Notes: a model not told the origin generated them from the sequence alone. 64,000 bases of DNA from Rebecca billardiae RCC1528 (GCA_965240325.2 OZ251224.1:2232001-2296000); one strand, 5' to 3'. Numbered from the stretch's first letter, positions 23,561-37,257 are shown. Numbers and translations are program-made.

Positions 23561-26500
23561 TCACGCGATTCCCTGGCAGCAGTACTGGTAGCCGTCGTAG
23601 CAGCGCGTCCTGAAGTTGCCCTGCGCCTGGTTGATCAGCTTGATCACGTGGTTTGTGTACTGATTCACCGTCATGTCCGGCTGGAACCGAGCGCGCAGTG
23701 CGTCCACGGTCGCCTGCCCGGCGCGAAAGCATGGCCACTTGCCGCCACCAAACGTGAATGTCGTCTGCACCAGCGAGAGCAGCTTCTCGCGGTGTCGGCG
23801 GGCCTGCGCGCGAAGCACGGCGCGCCGGCACGCACCCGAGGGCGTGCGTGAGCTCGCCGTCCGGTGGACTTGTGACGCACACGGCAGAGGACGCGCGGCG
23901 GCATGCAGCCAGTGAAGCACGACTACTCGGCGCGCGCGCCGGCCGCTCGGGCGCAGCCCGCGCGACGCGCATGCGACGCGTGCGCACACCTCCACGAATC
24001 CACGCACGAGCAGGTAGCGAAAGTAGCGGAAGAGGGGCGAGTGCGTGCCACCGAGCAGCTCGACGTACTCATTGGTCAGCTTGAATGGCGCGGACTCAAA
24101 GTTCATATTCCCCCCCGGCGAGTTGGAGAGCAGGAAGCCAAAGTCGATGTGCACCAGGTGCCTGCGTCGCGCGCGCGCGCGGCGCCAATGGGCGTGCCCC
24201 GCGGCCGCGCGCGAGCGAGCGCAAGCGAGTGGGCGAGCGCGGCGGTGAGCGCAGCCGACCGATCCCCGGTGCACGGTGCGGCCGGGGCCGTGCCGGCCGA
24301 GCACGCACGCTACCCACCGCTGAGCCGCCCTCGCAGCGGCCCTCGCTCGGCCTGCGGACGCCCATCGCGCGCGCGGCTCGGGCGCGCGCGCCCGCACCCG
24401 TCCGTGGTGAGGAGGATGTTGCCATTGTGCCGGTCCTTCAGCTGGAGCAGGTAGCACACGATCGAGTACGCCGCGGCCGAGCGGGCGAAGTTGAGCCTCG
24501 CGCGGTGGTACCCCTCCGCCGGCGCCCGGCGCCGCGCCCCGTCCGCGTGGAAGTGCCGCTGGAAAAAGGCGCCGAGGTTGGGGCAGTCGGGCGTGCGCTG
24601 CTTGAGCGAGTCGATCGAGATTGCATCTGCCACGCCCTCGATCACGCCGCAGTCCGGTCCGGCCGTGACGATCCGGTAGGGGCGCAGGGCGAGGGGCAGC
24701 CTCGCGCGCGCGAAGATGGCGTCGAACGCCTGGATCAGCTGCATCGCGAACCGCTCCTGCCGCAGCTCGTCGTTCGCCTTCACCACGAGGAGCTGCACGT
24801 GCCAGCGCGGCAGCGACGCGTGCGGCGAGCGCGCCGCGAGCCGCCGCTGCCGCTCCGAAAACGCCTCGCCAAATGCGCGGCCCACGCCGCCGGCAGCGCC
24901 GGCGGCGGCGGCGGCGGGGCCGCTCGGGCTGCCGGCGCCGTCGCCGCCGCTCGCGCCGCGGCTCACGCCCTGCGCGGCGCTCGAGCCGCCGCCCGTCGCC
25001 GCACCCGCTCGCCACGCTCCGCGCGCCTCGCCGCCCGCTCCGCTCGCCACCGGCGCGGCCCCGCGGACGGCGCCCCCGATCGGCCGACCGCCGCCGCGCG
25101 GCGCGCCTCCCGAGCGCTGAGGGTCTCCGCCGTCGTCGTCCGAGTCGCCGCCGACGCCCTCGGCGCGCGGCAGGATCGGCAGGATGACGTTCGAGTCGGC
25201 CAGCCGAGAGATGGCGATCCGCTCGCTCGCGTCCACGTCGCCCTCGGTGTCGGAGTCGCCGCCGCTCACGTCGACCACCGAGCGCCTCGCGCGCGCGGGC
25301 ACGGCGCTCGGCGGGCGGCGGCTCGGCCGAGGCGGCGTCCGGGGCGCGGCGGCCGCGCTGCCAGCCGACGCGCCGGCGTCGCCGGCGAAGGACACGCTCG
25401 CTGCCGCGGGCTCGCGGCCCGCTGTACTCGCGTTGTGCGAGCCTGGCGTGCGCGGCGGCGAGGCCGCCAGCACGGCACACGCCGCTGGGCTCGGCAGCGG
25501 CGCGGGCGACAGCGGCTCAGTGCCTGCGAGCGCTTGCAGCGCGCCCGTGCTGCCGTGGCCGTGGCTGCCGAGCAGCTTGCGCCGGTCGCCCGCGTCGGCG
25601 AGTTGCCTGCGCAGCGCGCCGCCCACCCTGTCCACCAGCCGCGCCGACGCCGCCGCCGCCGCGGCAGACGAGCCCCACAGCCCGCCGCCGCCGCCGCCGT
25701 GGCCATGGGCGCCACCGCCGCCGTCGTGCTGCAGCCTCGCTTCCGCGAGCAGCGACTGCAGGTGGTGCTGCGAGCGCGCGCGCGGCCGGCCGATGACGCG
25801 CTCGGCGTCGGGCGCGGCGAGCTCGAGACACACCATGTACGGGACGCGCTCCTTCGTCGAGAACGGCTGCGCGTCGTCCGCGCAGATCCGCACGACGCTG
25901 AGCGGCCCGCTGCCGCGCATCGCCGCCGGCGCCGCGGCCGCGCCGCTCGCCGCCAGCGGGTGAAGAGGCGTGGCGTGCCACAGGCAGTCCGTCTGCTGCG
26001 CCTCGAGGTCGGCGCTGAGCTGCGCGAGCGCGAGCGTGAGCGCGCGCGCGCGGTGCTGCCGCGGCACGCCGCGCAACCCCGCCGCCACCGCCGCCAGCTG
26101 CTTCAGCAGCATCAGCTCTGTGAGCGGCTGCGGCGCCGCAGACGCCGGCCTCTCGTTCACAGACGCTGTGCGCCTGTGCGCGGGCGCGCCGGGCGGGCGC
26201 GACGACTTGCGCATGGTGAGCGGCTTCGTGGCGGGCACGGGCGGGGCCGGCGCCGGCGCTGCGGCCGCGGGCGGGCGCAAGGTGGGCACGCTGCTGCTCC
26301 CACCGCCGCCGCTGCCGCCGCTGCCCCCCGCCTCGCCGCCGTCAGCGCCGTCGCCGCCACCGCCCGCGCTCACGCTCCCGAGGTCCTGCGAGGGCATGCG
26401 GCTCGGCGAGTCGACGGGCGTGCGCGGGCGGTCCGCCCTGCGCCTGCTCAGCGGCACGGAGAGCGTGCGCCGCAGCCCCGGCGTGCCCGCCTCCGCGTGC

Positions 26501-27018
26501 CCGTCGTGCGGCGCCTTCGCAGAGCGCTCGACCTTTGCCAGCAGCGCCTCGGCGCGCTCGGCAATCGCCGCGTCCTCCGTCGGCGCCACCTCGGCGAGGA
26601 GGGTCCAGGAGCACTCCATGGCGAAGCTGTGCGAGCAGGTGCTCTGTGCGACGAGGAACGCCTCCAGCCGCGCGAGCACGGGGTCGCGCCGCAGCACGAT
26701 CGCGCAGAGCTGCGGCAGGACGCCGCACACGAGCGGCTCGTCCACGGCGGCCAGCTGCACGAGGTGCTCGACAATGGTCTCCTCGTCGTCGGCGCCCGGT
26801 CCGCCGGTGGCGAGGAGGTAGAGGGAGCGCATCGCGTCGTGCAGCGTGTCGTGCCGCGTGGCCGTCGAGCGGTTCAGCTTCCACGTGCGCACCTTGGAGC
26901 GCACGCCATGCAGCGTGGACGCGCTCAGCACGGTCACCCGCTCGCGCGGCGAGCCCAGCGGGGTCTCCGGCGGCGTGAGCTCGTTGGCGACATCGAGCAG
27001 CTCTGCCGCCTGAAGCAT
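23561..27018 (-). CDS. PI4KB: Phosphatidylinositol 4-kinase, type III beta (PIK1-like); exons 24398-27018, 23990-24161, 23561-23803
   Basis: LPQL, FSTKERVPYMVCLE, VKANDELRQE, SAAAYSIVCYLLQLKDRHNGNILL, HIDFGFLLSNSPGGNMNFESAPFKLT, YDGYQYCCQGI; two GT-AG introns keep the frame (1011 aa). Confidence 0.92.
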
Positions 27019-27282
27019 CGCGCCGTACGCCGGCCACCGCCGCCGCCGTGCGCTCGCTCTGCGCGGTCGAGCCGCGCGATGCACGACGCGGAAGGCGTCC
27101 GCGAATGATGGCGGCCCAGTCCTTGCGCGCTCTGATTTGTGTTGGGGCCGTGCACGATGGCTGCCGACCGCGCGGAAAACGAATACGTATGGGTAAAGTC
27201 AGAAAAAAAGAAGAATGCTTGGCGCCACACCGCCGCGGCCGGGGCGCGGGAGACATCGGGCTCCGTCGTCGGGACCGCACGA

Positions 27283-29010
27283 ATGCGTGCGCTCGGCGCC
27301 GAGCAAGATGCGGATGACAAGGGCGAGCCCCTGCTCGACCCGACGGGCGCCCAGGCCCCTCGCCTGCGCGCATGCGCCCGCCCGCGGGCGCTCCTCGTCT
27401 ACGCGATCGTCGTCGCCTCATTCCTACCGTTTGGGTTTGGGTACGCGCTTGGCTTCACCAGCCCGGCGCTCGACCCGATGTCGCGCGCGTTCGCGCCCCC
27501 GCTGAGCACGGCGGAGCGCGCGACGTTCTCGTCGCTCGTGAACGTCGGGGCGATGCTCGCATCCCTCGGCGCGGGCTCGCTCACGGACGCGTGGGGCCGC
27601 CGGCGTGCGATGGGCTGCGTGGCCGTTGTCGGCGCTGTCGGCTGGTCCCTGATTGTCGGCTCGCTCCACCTGGGCAGAGCGGTGCTTCTCGTCGGCCGCC
27701 TGCTCACGGGCTGCGCCGCGGGCGGCTCCTCCGTCTGCGTCAACGTCTACATCGCCGAGATCTCGCCCACCGCCCTGCGCGGCGCGCTCGGGGCGAGCTT
27801 CCAAGTGAGCGTGACGCTGGGCATTCTGGGCGTGTACGCGCTCGGCATCCCGACGTCGTGGCGCGTGCTCGCGGCGCTGGGCGCCGTGCCGTACGCGCTC
27901 GTGCTGCTCGGCCTCCCCTGGCTCCCCGAGACCCCGCGGTGGGAGCTTCTCGTCCGCAAGGACGAGCCCGCCGCGCGGCGCACGCTCCGGCTGCTGCGGC
28001 CGAGCGCGCTCGAGGCGGAGGCTGAGCTGGACGAGCTGCTGGCGCAGGCGCGCGCGCCGCCCGGCGGGGGCGCGGCGGAGGGCGGGGGTTCGATGGGCGA
28101 CGGTATGGGGTACGCCCCGCCGCGCCCGTCGCCCGCCGCGATGCCCCCGTCCGCGGAGGACGCGCTCGAGGCTCCCGCCGCGAGCGCCAGCGACCGCGCG
28201 TCGCCGGGCCGAGCGGCCTCGGACCCGAGCGCGGACGAGCCGGCGGCCGAGGGCGCGCTCGCAGGTGCGATCGAGCGCGCGCCAGCGGACCCCGCGCCGG
28301 CCGCCGCCGCGCCGGCCGCGGGGCTCGCGCCCGCTCGCTTCGAGCCGTGGATGGCGCGCCCGCTCGCCATCGCCGTCGTGCTGATGGTCTGCCAGCAGCT
28401 GTCGGGCATCAACGCCGTCATCTTCTACTCGCAGCAGATCCTGCGCGACGCGAGCTTCGTCTCGTTCGCGGCGGACGCGTCGCTCATCGTGGCGTGCGCG
28501 CAGGCGGCCGTCACCATCGTCTCCGTGCCGCTGATGGACGCGTGCGGCCGCCGAGCGCTGCTGCTCGCCGCCGCCGCCGGCATGGGCGTGTCGCAGGCCG
28601 TGATCTCTGTCTTCTTCCTCAGCGGGAAGGGCGCGCCGTCGCTCGCGCTCCTCGGCCTGTGCGGCTCGGTCGGCGCGTTCTCGCTGGGCTTCGGCGCGAT
28701 CCCTTGGTCGATCATGGCGGAGCTCTTCCCGCAGCGCGTGCGCGGCCTCGCCTCCTCCATCGCCACGCTCACCAACTGGTCCTTCTCCTTCCTGGTGACG
28801 CTCACGTTTGAGGACCTCGCGCGCGCGCTCGGCGAGGGCAGCCTCTTCGCGCTGTACGCGGTGACGTGCGCGGGCACAGTCGTGTTCGTGTCGGCGTTCG
28901 TGCCCGAGACGCGCCACCGCACGCTCGAGCAGATCGAGGCGGAGTTCAGGCGGCGTCACAGCCGGGACGGTCGTGGCTGGCGGCAAATAAGCACGGCCTC
29001 GCTGCGATGA
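27283..29010 (+). CDS. MFS sugar porter, ERD6-like/GLUT8/Tret1 type, N-terminal dileucine (EPLL) signal
   Basis: GFTSP, DAWGRR, YIAEISP..LRG, PETPRW, QQLSGINAVIFY, D..GRR, G.IPW.IMAELFP, VPET motifs; large central loop. Confidence 0.92.
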   Translation: MRALGAEQDADDKGEPLLDPTGAQAPRLRACARPRALLVYAIVVASFLPFGFGYALGFTSPALDPMSRAFAPPLSTAERATFSSLVNVGAMLASLGAGSLTDAWGRRRAMGCVAVVGAVGWSLIVGSLHLGRAVLLVGRLLTGCAAGGSSVCVNVYIAEISPTALRGALGASFQVSVTLGILGVYALGIPTSWRVLAALGAVPYALVLLGLPWLPETPRWELLVRKDEPAARRTLRLLRPSALEAEAELDELLAQARAPPGGGAAEGGGSMGDGMGYAPPRPSPAAMPPSAEDALEAPAASASDRASPGRAASDPSADEPAAEGALAGAIERAPADPAPAAAAPAAGLAPARFEPWMARPLAIAVVLMVCQQLSGINAVIFYSQQILRDASFVSFAADASLIVACAQAAVTIVSVPLMDACGRRALLLAAAAGMGVSQAVISVFFLSGKGAPSLALLGLCGSVGAFSLGFGAIPWSIMAELFPQRVRGLASSIATLTNWSFSFLVTLTFEDLARALGEGSLFALYAVTCAGTVVFVSAFVPETRHRTLEQIEAEFRRRHSRDGRGWRQISTASLR

Positions 29011-29345
29011 CGATTGACGACGACCTGCGTGGCCAGAGCCCAGATGGCGGCCAGATGGCAACGACGCGATCGAATGATTACGTACTGTAGGTTTCTGTCT
29101 GCTACTATAGCTGTACTAAAGCCACCTGAATCGTCATCCGTCGGCTAGTAGACGTTCAGTAGCAGTAGCCTGATGGCTACTATATAGGACCCAGATATAG
29201 ACGATATATATAATTTAATTCATTCGGCATCAGAATTGATACGACCGTGTAGCAGTAGTACGGTATTTATAGCGCAGTCTGCTGAACAACGGCGCGATCT
29301 GAATGGCATGACGACATCAATATATATGATGTAGTCGTCATCGCG

Positions 29346-32156
29346 TCAGAACGTCCGCAGCGGGGGCACGTGGAAGGCCCCGCCGCCAGCGATGGTACGG
29401 CCATCGGCATCAGAATCACGCGGCTGGTGTGGCGAAGACGTGGCATCGACAGCGGCGTCGACGGCTGTCGTCATCGTCGCGCGCGTGCCCGCCGTGCTGT
29501 GCGGCGGCGGGGACTCGAGCCGAGATCGTGCAGGCGGGGAGCCGAGTCGGGACGGCATCGTCGAAGCATAGAGGCTGCCGGCGTCGCTCCCCTCGGAGCT
29601 CATCAAGGCACGCCCTCGCTCCTGCGCCTCGGCGCGAAGGCGCTCCTTGCGCTGCTGCAGCTTCTCGCGCTCCTCCTGCGGCCGCGCGGCGCGTGACCGG
29701 GTGGCGCGCACCGAGGCGCAGCGGGCACACGCGCGCGTGAGATGGGCGCGCGCGGCGCGGCGCGGCGTCGCGGGCGGGCGAGGGCCGTGCTCTGTGCGCC
29801 CGCGGCCCGCGGCCCGCGCGGGCACGAGCGCGCGCTCCGCGCGCACCTCCGGCCAGTTCGAGTAGCGCGTCGCGCGCCACGACGCCGCGTGCGCCGGCGT
29901 CGCATAGACGGACGTGTTGCGCTGCGTCTGGCGCGGGGACGGGTGGTTGCGGCCCCACTCGCGCTCGAGGGCGTACATCTCCTCGAGCGCGGCGGCGCGC
30001 GCGGAGGCGGAGAGGTGGCGGAGCGAGCCCGCCCAGTTGATCACCTTCGACTCGTAGATACCGAAAGGCCGATCCGAGCCGGCAGCACTCGGGCTGCTGC
30101 GCCGGAGAGGGGAGGGCCGGCGGGGGTTCTTCGCGCCGGCAGAGAGTGGGCGCGCGCGCGCGCGCAGGCTGCGCTTGCCCGGCCGGTCGAGGAGGTCCGG
30201 ACTGGCCTGGACGTGCCGCGACCGGACCGGCGCCGCCTGGATCGCCTCGTCGGCCATGTCCTCGCCGCGCGTCTGCACGGACGCGTTGCGCGGCGGCGTC
30301 GCCTGCACACCCGTCGACGCGCGCGCGCTTGCCGGGTGCGCGCGCCAGTGTGGCAGCTTGCGCGGCAGCGGCGCCGTCTGCGTCGCGACGCCCGCGCTGC
30401 GCGAGTACACGCGCTGGGTGTGCGGTCGGCCGCCGGGCGTGGACGCGGCGCTTGTCGGCCCGGGCGGCGTCTGCGCCTGGGCCGCCTGCGTCTGCGTCTG
30501 CGTGTGCGGCTGCGGCTGCGGCTGCGGCTGCCGCGCCCACGAGGCGGCGGGCACCCCATACCACCGCCCGCCCGCGGATGCGGCGGAGGGGTAAGGCGAC
30601 TGCTGCGCCGAGCGGTAGTTGCCGACGTAGTCGATGATCTCGTCCGCGGAGGAGTGCCGCCGGAGCGAGGGCTCGCGCAGCGCGTCGAACGACGGCTGGT
30701 CCGCCGTGGACGTGAGCCAGCCGATCTCCGAGGGCGTAGTGGTGAGCGCGGGCGGTATAGACGCGAGGTCAGACATCGAGTCGTCCGGCAGCTTGAGCAT
30801 GGAGGGCCCGGGGGCGAGGGGGTGCGCCGAGAAGGCCGACGGGTCCGAGCCGCGCCTGCGCAGCGACGTGGGCGGCTCGACCTCGATCGGCGGCGCGTTC
30901 AGGAGGTGATTGCTCCACTGCTGCCTGCCGCCGCCGCCGCCGCCGCCGCGCCCGCCGACGTCGCCGCGCCCGCCGCCGCCGGCCCCGCCACTCAAGTCGA
31001 CCTCGTCCGGGCCGACCGCGGCGTCGTGCCGCGGCCCCGCCCGGTGCTGGCTCTGCGCGAGCGACGCCTCAATCTCCGCGAGCTGCTCGCGCGCCCGCCG
31101 CTCCCGCTCCACGGCCTCCAGCACCTGCTGCTCCAGAGTCTGCACCGACTGCGCGTGCGCGGCGTGTGCGCTCGTCAGCTCGCGCGAGATCTCGTCCGAG
31201 CGGCGCTGCTCGCTCTCGAGCGCGGCCTCGAGCTCGCGCACGTGCTCGGCCGCCGCGGCATGCGACGACGAGTGGTGCGACGACGACGCCGCCAGCGCGT
31301 CCCGCGCCGCGGCGAGCGCGACGTACAGCTCGTGCAGCGACGACGATGAGTGCTCGCGCGCCGCGTCGCGCTCGCGGAGCGCCGAGCTCGCGAGGTGGTG
31401 CGTGCGCGCGAGCTCGGCGCGGAGCGCGGCGAGCTCGGAGGAGCTCAGGTCCGAGTCCGCCTCCGCCACGCCCGACGCGTGGCCGCTCGCGTGCGCCGCC
31501 GCGCGCGCGTGCGCGAGCGCGACAGGGCCGCCCCCAGGCTGCGCGGTGAGAGAGCCGTGAGGTCTCAGCTCACGTGCGGTCGGCCGCCGACGCCGCCCTT
31601 CGCCGCCGCCGGCCGCGTCGGCGTCGGCGGCGTCGGCGGCGGCGGCGTTGGGCGGCGAGGCGGGGCCCTCGCCCACCGCCGCGAGCAGATCCGCATCGCC
31701 GTCCGCCGCGCGCACGTACTCCGCCCGCAGCGCGTCCGCGTGCGCGCGCTCGCGTCGCCACTCGTGCTCCAGCCCTCCGAGCCGTTCGGCCGCGGCCGCG
31801 TCGAACTCATGCATTTTGCGCCCGATCGCGTTGACGTGCGCCTGCGCCTCGAAGGCGCCGGTGGCGTGCGCGCCGCCGGTCGAGCCGCCGCCCCGGCCGG
31901 AGCGGCCCGCGCTCGCGCGCACCGCGCCCTCCGCCTCCGCCAGCGCGGCGCGCAGCGCCTCCTGCTCCGCACGCGCCTGCTCGGCGTAGCCCTCCCGTCG
32001 TCCGAGGACCTCGGCGGCACGCGCCTCGGCGCGGTGCAGCTCCTCGGCGATGGCGTAGAGGCGCATGTCGCTGCGGCGCACGTCGGAGCCGCCGGGCGGG
32101 TCCATCGGCATCGGCACGCGCTGGAACGGCCGCGCGCCGCCGTGCGCCGACGACGA

Positions 32157-32201
<45 letters not shown>

Positions 32202-35200
32202 CGCCGCCTGCACCGATGCATCCGACATCAGACCTGCCGGCCTGCTCGGCGGCGCGCGCGGCGGCGAGAAGGGCGAGCGGCCGGCCTGGCGCGCCGCGCG
32301 CGCGGCGCTGAGCCCGAGGGTCTGGCGCGTGACGTACCCGCGGTAGTCCGCCTGGATCAGCGTCGCCGAGCCCCGCCTCCTCTTCAGGTCGGAGCGCGCC
32401 GCCTTGCCGCGGTACTCCGCTTGAATCGTGACGGCCGCTCCGCGCTGTCGGCCGAACTCGGCGCGGGTGGCGTGCGCGCGGAAGTCGCGCTGGATGGTGG
32501 TGGCGGACTTCTGGCGCACGCGCAGCTTGGCGCGCTTGAACTGCCGCCGCTTGCGGTACTCGCGCGCCGCGATCCGCCGCCGCTCGCTCGCCTGGATGCG
32601 CGCCGCTGCCTCGTGTGCACGCGCCTCATCCTCGGCGGCGGCCGAGGCTTCCATTCGGGTTCTCTGCTGGTGGGCGCGCGCTGCAGCCTCGCGCTCGCGC
32701 GCGCGGCGCTCCTTCTCGCGCGCGGCGGCCTCGCGCTCGCGCAGGGCCGCCGCCTCGGCGCGCGCCGCCGCCGCCTCGGCGATCTCCGCGTCCTGCTCCG
32801 CCCGCTCCGCCGCACGCAGCTTGCCCTCAAGCGCGGCGCGCTCGCGCGACGCTGCGGCCGACGCGGCGGCCGCGGCTGACGCCTCCGCGGACGCGGCGGC
32901 GGCGTCGCGCGCGCGCCGCTCGGCGGAGGCGGCGGCCGCCTCGCGCGCGTGACGATCGTGCTCGCGCCACTCCTGCTCGCGCCGCTCGCGCTCGCGCCGC
33001 TCCTGCGCGCGCGCCGAGCGCTCGGTTGCAACTGACTGCCGCCGCCGCGCGCGGCGCACGCATGAGGGCGCGCGACGCGGCGCGGGGCGCGCGGCGCGCG
33101 GGCAAGGCGCGCCGCGTGAGCCGCGCGCGCGAGCCGCGCGCTGGGGCGCGCGGGCTGGGTCGCGCGCGCGCGCGCGCGGCGCGCACCCGCTGCGCGATGC
33201 GCTGGCGCTCCTTGCTCTGAATCGCCGTCGCTGCCAGCTGACGCTGGTCCCACTCAGCCGCGCGGTCGCGCACCGTGCGCCGGGCGATCCGCTGCCGCCC
33301 CTTGGCCTGGATGATGGTCGCGGCGTCGTCGAGCGCGCTGGGCTGCCACGCCGTGGGCGAGACCGAGCGCTCCTCCGAGTACCGCCGCGCGCCGTGCCGC
33401 ACGTCCGCCACCACGTTCTGCCCCACCTGCGTCCGGAGTACCACTCGCGCCGAGGGCTCTCGCCGTGCAAGCCGGGCGCGCGCTCGCTCCTCCGCTGCCA
33501 GCCCCGACTCTGCGTCTGCGAGGGCGTCGGCGGAGGGCGGCTCGAAGGCGGGCAGCGTGGGCATCCGCGCGAGCATCTCACGCGTCATCCGCCCGCGCGC
33601 CACCGCCTGGATGTGCGACGCCGCCGCCTCCTGCTCCGCGTTCTGAAGAGCCATCTGCTCGAGCCGCATGTCGGTCGCGATACGCTCGACCGACATCTGG
33701 CGCGCCACGCGCCGCGCGCCGCCCGCGGAGGAGGCGGAGGAGCGCGCGGGCGAGGCGGCGCTCTGGCGCGCGGCCGGGCCGAAGCGCTGCGCGCGCGCCG
33801 GCGAGCCGCCCGCCTCGATCGACTCGGCGGAGTGGCGCGACGACGACTCGACGTAATGGCGGCGCGCGGACGCCTGCCGCGCGTTTGCCTGAATGGTCGT
33901 GGCCGCCGCCTGCTGCAGCAGCAGTTCGTCGATGTGGTCGTGCGAGTCGGTGGGCTGGAAGCCGCGCGAGCCCGCGCCGGGCGCGCCGCCGCCCTGCGCG
34001 TACACCGAGAAGAGCGACACCTGCGAGCCCTGCCGCGACGCCTTCACCTCCGAGCCACGCACGCGCAGCAGCTCGTCAGGACTCGTGCGCGCCGCCTCCC
34101 ACTGCGTGACGGCGCGGCGCACGTTGGGGGACTCGCTGAGGCCCTCGGCCGCGGCGGCGGCGAGGCGGCGGCGCTCCTCCTCCGCCGTCTCCTCGCCCGA
34201 GTCCCGCCGGTGCGCGCCCGTCTCCACGCTCAGCGCGCCCACGCCCACGCTCTCCGAGCGCAACGCCTCGTTCTCTGCGAGCGTGTTCAGAGGCACGGAC
34301 GCGCGCCGGCTGCCTGAGGGCGGCGGGGCGGCCGACGCGCGCCGGCTGCCCACGGGCGTCGGGTTCTGCCGGCTGCGTGCGAGCCACTCCTTGCTGCGCG
34401 AGCGCACGCCGGTCGCGAGCCACGGCCGCGGCGCGTCCCTCTGCTCCGCGCCGCCGGCCGCGCCCGCGCCGCGCCCGGCCGCGCCCGCGCTCGCGCCCGC
34501 ACCCGAGCCGGCGCCGGCGCGCGCCTCAGCGGCGTGCTCCTTGCTGCGCACCAGCCACTCCTTGCTGCGCGAGCGCACGCTATTCGCGAGCGCCGGGCGC
34601 GGCGGCTCCGAGCCACCAGCCCCACCGCCCGCGCGCCCGGCGCCCGCGCCGCCCGCGCGCCCGCCGGCGCCGCGGCCGCGGCCGCCGCCTCCGCTGCTCG
34701 CCGCGCCGTCGCCCTGCGCGCCGGCGGCGTGCTCCTTGCTGCGCGTGAGCCACTCCTTGCTGCGCGACTTGACGCTGTTCGCGAGCCACGGCCGCGGCGC
34801 GTCCTTCCCCGCCGTGCCAGGCGTGCCGGCGCCCGTCTGCGCACCCGCCGACGCGCCGCCGGCGCCGGCGGCTCGCGCCCCGGGCGGCGCCGAGCCCGCG
34901 CGCGCGCCTTGCTTGCCAGCGGGCGCACCCGGCGGCGACCCGCCGCGGCTCTCAAAGGTGCCGATGGCCGCGGAGACGTTGGGCGCGTTGCGGAGCGAGG
35001 GCGACGGCTGTGGCTCGGCGGCCGCCGCGTCGCCGTCGGCGGCGCCATCGCCGCCCGCGGCCGCGCCGCCCACCGTCGCGGCCGCGCCGGCCACGGCCAG
35101 GCCGCTGCGGCGCCGCTCCTGCGCAGACGCGTCGCGCGAGCTGCTCGCGTCCTGGCTCCGCCTGCCGACAGCCAGCGCGTGCGGCGAGGTCTGCGCGTCC

Positions 35201-36678
35201 ACGTACAGCCCCTGCTGCCTGCGCCACGCGCGCTGCTCCGCGGTGTGTAGCTCGTGCCCCTCGAGCGCCGCGCCGACCGTGCCAGCCTGGTACGCGAGGA
35301 GGCCGCCTCGGCCGCCGTCGTCCGGAAGCAATTTGCGCAGCGGGTCCTCGGGGTCGAGCTCGTCGGGGACGGTGACGGTGGCGGGCAGCGCGGGGCGCGG
35401 GAGCGCGCGCGGCGAGTGCAGCTCGGCCGAGCCGGCCTTGCTCGCCGCGCCGCGCCCGCGCATCGGCGGCACCGAGCTCGCGCGCGCCTCGGCCTGCTGC
35501 GCGAGCCGAGAGACGGCGCCCGCCTCGACCGACGCCTCCGCCGCCACCGGCGAGGAGTGGAGCGAGCCGCGCACGGAGCCGCCCTGCTCGTGCCGCATGG
35601 CGCGCATGTCCGCAGCGGAAGGCGTCTTCGCGCGGATCTTGCGCGCGTACGGCGCGCGCGGGCCCTGCACCCCGTACGAGTGGCTGAGAGTCGTCTCGAC
35701 CATCGGCCGCAGCCCGACGCCCATCACCACAACCTTGGTCTCCTTCTCCGGCCCGTGCAGCCGCGCGTACGAGGAGGCGCGCGAGTGCGTCGCGAGCGAG
35801 TTGGCGCGCTGCACCGTCACCGCCGTGCTCTCCGCGCTCGTCCGCGCCTCCGCGAGCTCCGCCGACTGCGAGGAGCCCGCGTACGAGCAGGCGCGCGCAG
35901 CCGATGCGCTCGAGGCCGCGCCGCCGCCCTCCGCGCCGCCGCCACCCGCCTTGTGCCGCGCCTTCGACGACTTGGTCCGCTTCTTCTTCTGGTCGGTGCG
36001 TGCCGGGCCGCTCTCGTCCTCGTCGGATGAGCTCGCGCCCGGGGACGACTCGCCCTCTGAGGAGGCGGAGGAGCTGCCGCCGCCGCCCTCGCCGCCCTCG
36101 CCGGCCGCGCCGGCCGCGCCAGCGGCGCCAGCGGCGCTCGCGCCGCTAGACGCGCCGCGCTCGTCGGAAGATGTGTGGCGCTCGCGTACCACCTCAGTGG
36201 ACGCGTGGCCTTCTTTGAGCGCCTCTGACGACGAGTGGCCCTCGCGGAAGGCCTCGGAGCTGCTCACGTGGCGCTCCGACCGCACCTCGGAGGACGAGAG
36301 GCTTGAGTGGCGCACCTCCGACGAGACCGAGCTGACGCACACGCTCGTGGACTGGACAACGCGCGTCCCCGAGGCGCTGATCTTCGAGCCGTCTGCCTCG
36401 AGGATGACAACTTCAGTCTCTCCGCCGGAGGGCGGGTCGCCATTCACCCCTCCCGCGCTCTGCGCCGAGTACACCTCTGTGCGCTTGGCGACCACGACGC
36501 TCGTCGACGATCCCTCCGGCTGCGCTTCGTCGCCGTTGGGCAGCGGCGAGCCGAAGGAGACGCGGCGGCTGGAGGTCGTGCGAACCTGCGACGTGCTCGA
36601 CGATCCGCCCACGTACGACTGGGCGGCGCCACCCGTGCCGCGAGAATGCGTCGGCGCGGGGACGCGACCGATGGGCAT
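29346..36678 (-). CDS. Very large low-complexity IQ-motif / coiled-coil protein; exons 33187-36678, 29847-33035, 29346-29675
   Basis: Multiple IQ motifs (AATTIQANARQ, ASHIQAVARG, ATIIQAKGRQ, ATTIQRDFRA, AVTIQAEYRG, ATLIQADYRG); intron 33036-33186 joins the two long ORFs; intron 29676-29846 is in-frame and inferred from splice signals; ~2336 aa. Confidence 0.75.
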
Positions 36679-37257
36679 GACGGCCGCCGCACGTCTTGCG
36701 CAGCAAAGCAAGTAGACGAGCTGTGCCAAATTGCTAGTGGGCGGGCGAAAAATTGGGCAGATCCTCCGCTCGAAATGTGCCCCACCTGTTACGAAAGTAA
36801 CATCCGCGCCGCCGCCATGCTGCGCCAAGGGGTTTTCATTATTATTTTCGTCCGCAGCCCTGATCAATTCCTCGTCGCGCTAAATTGCTTACTCACCCCC
36901 TGGTTCGCGCCAGCCCTGCGGCGGCTGCAGCCTGCTGCTGCCCCCCACGTGGACCGAGACGAGTTCGCGTTCACTGGGTGGTCCTTTGGACGACGACAGC
37001 AGTGCATGCCGCCGTCAGCCAGCCATCTGTGCAGAGTGGCAAGGGCGCGCGGCGCGCCCGGTCGATCAATGCCATCAACGGGTTGCCAGGCGCCAGCCCG
37101 CCGAATGAACTCGGCCCGCCGCCTGTGAATGAAATGTATGAACCGGGGTTGCGGGAGGGCGAAGTAGGCGGCAGGCACGGCGCCCGGAATGCGCGCAGAG
37201 AGCAGGCTCCAAAGCCTCCATGGCTCGAGCGCACTCTGCGCGCCACCGCGCGGCGAC

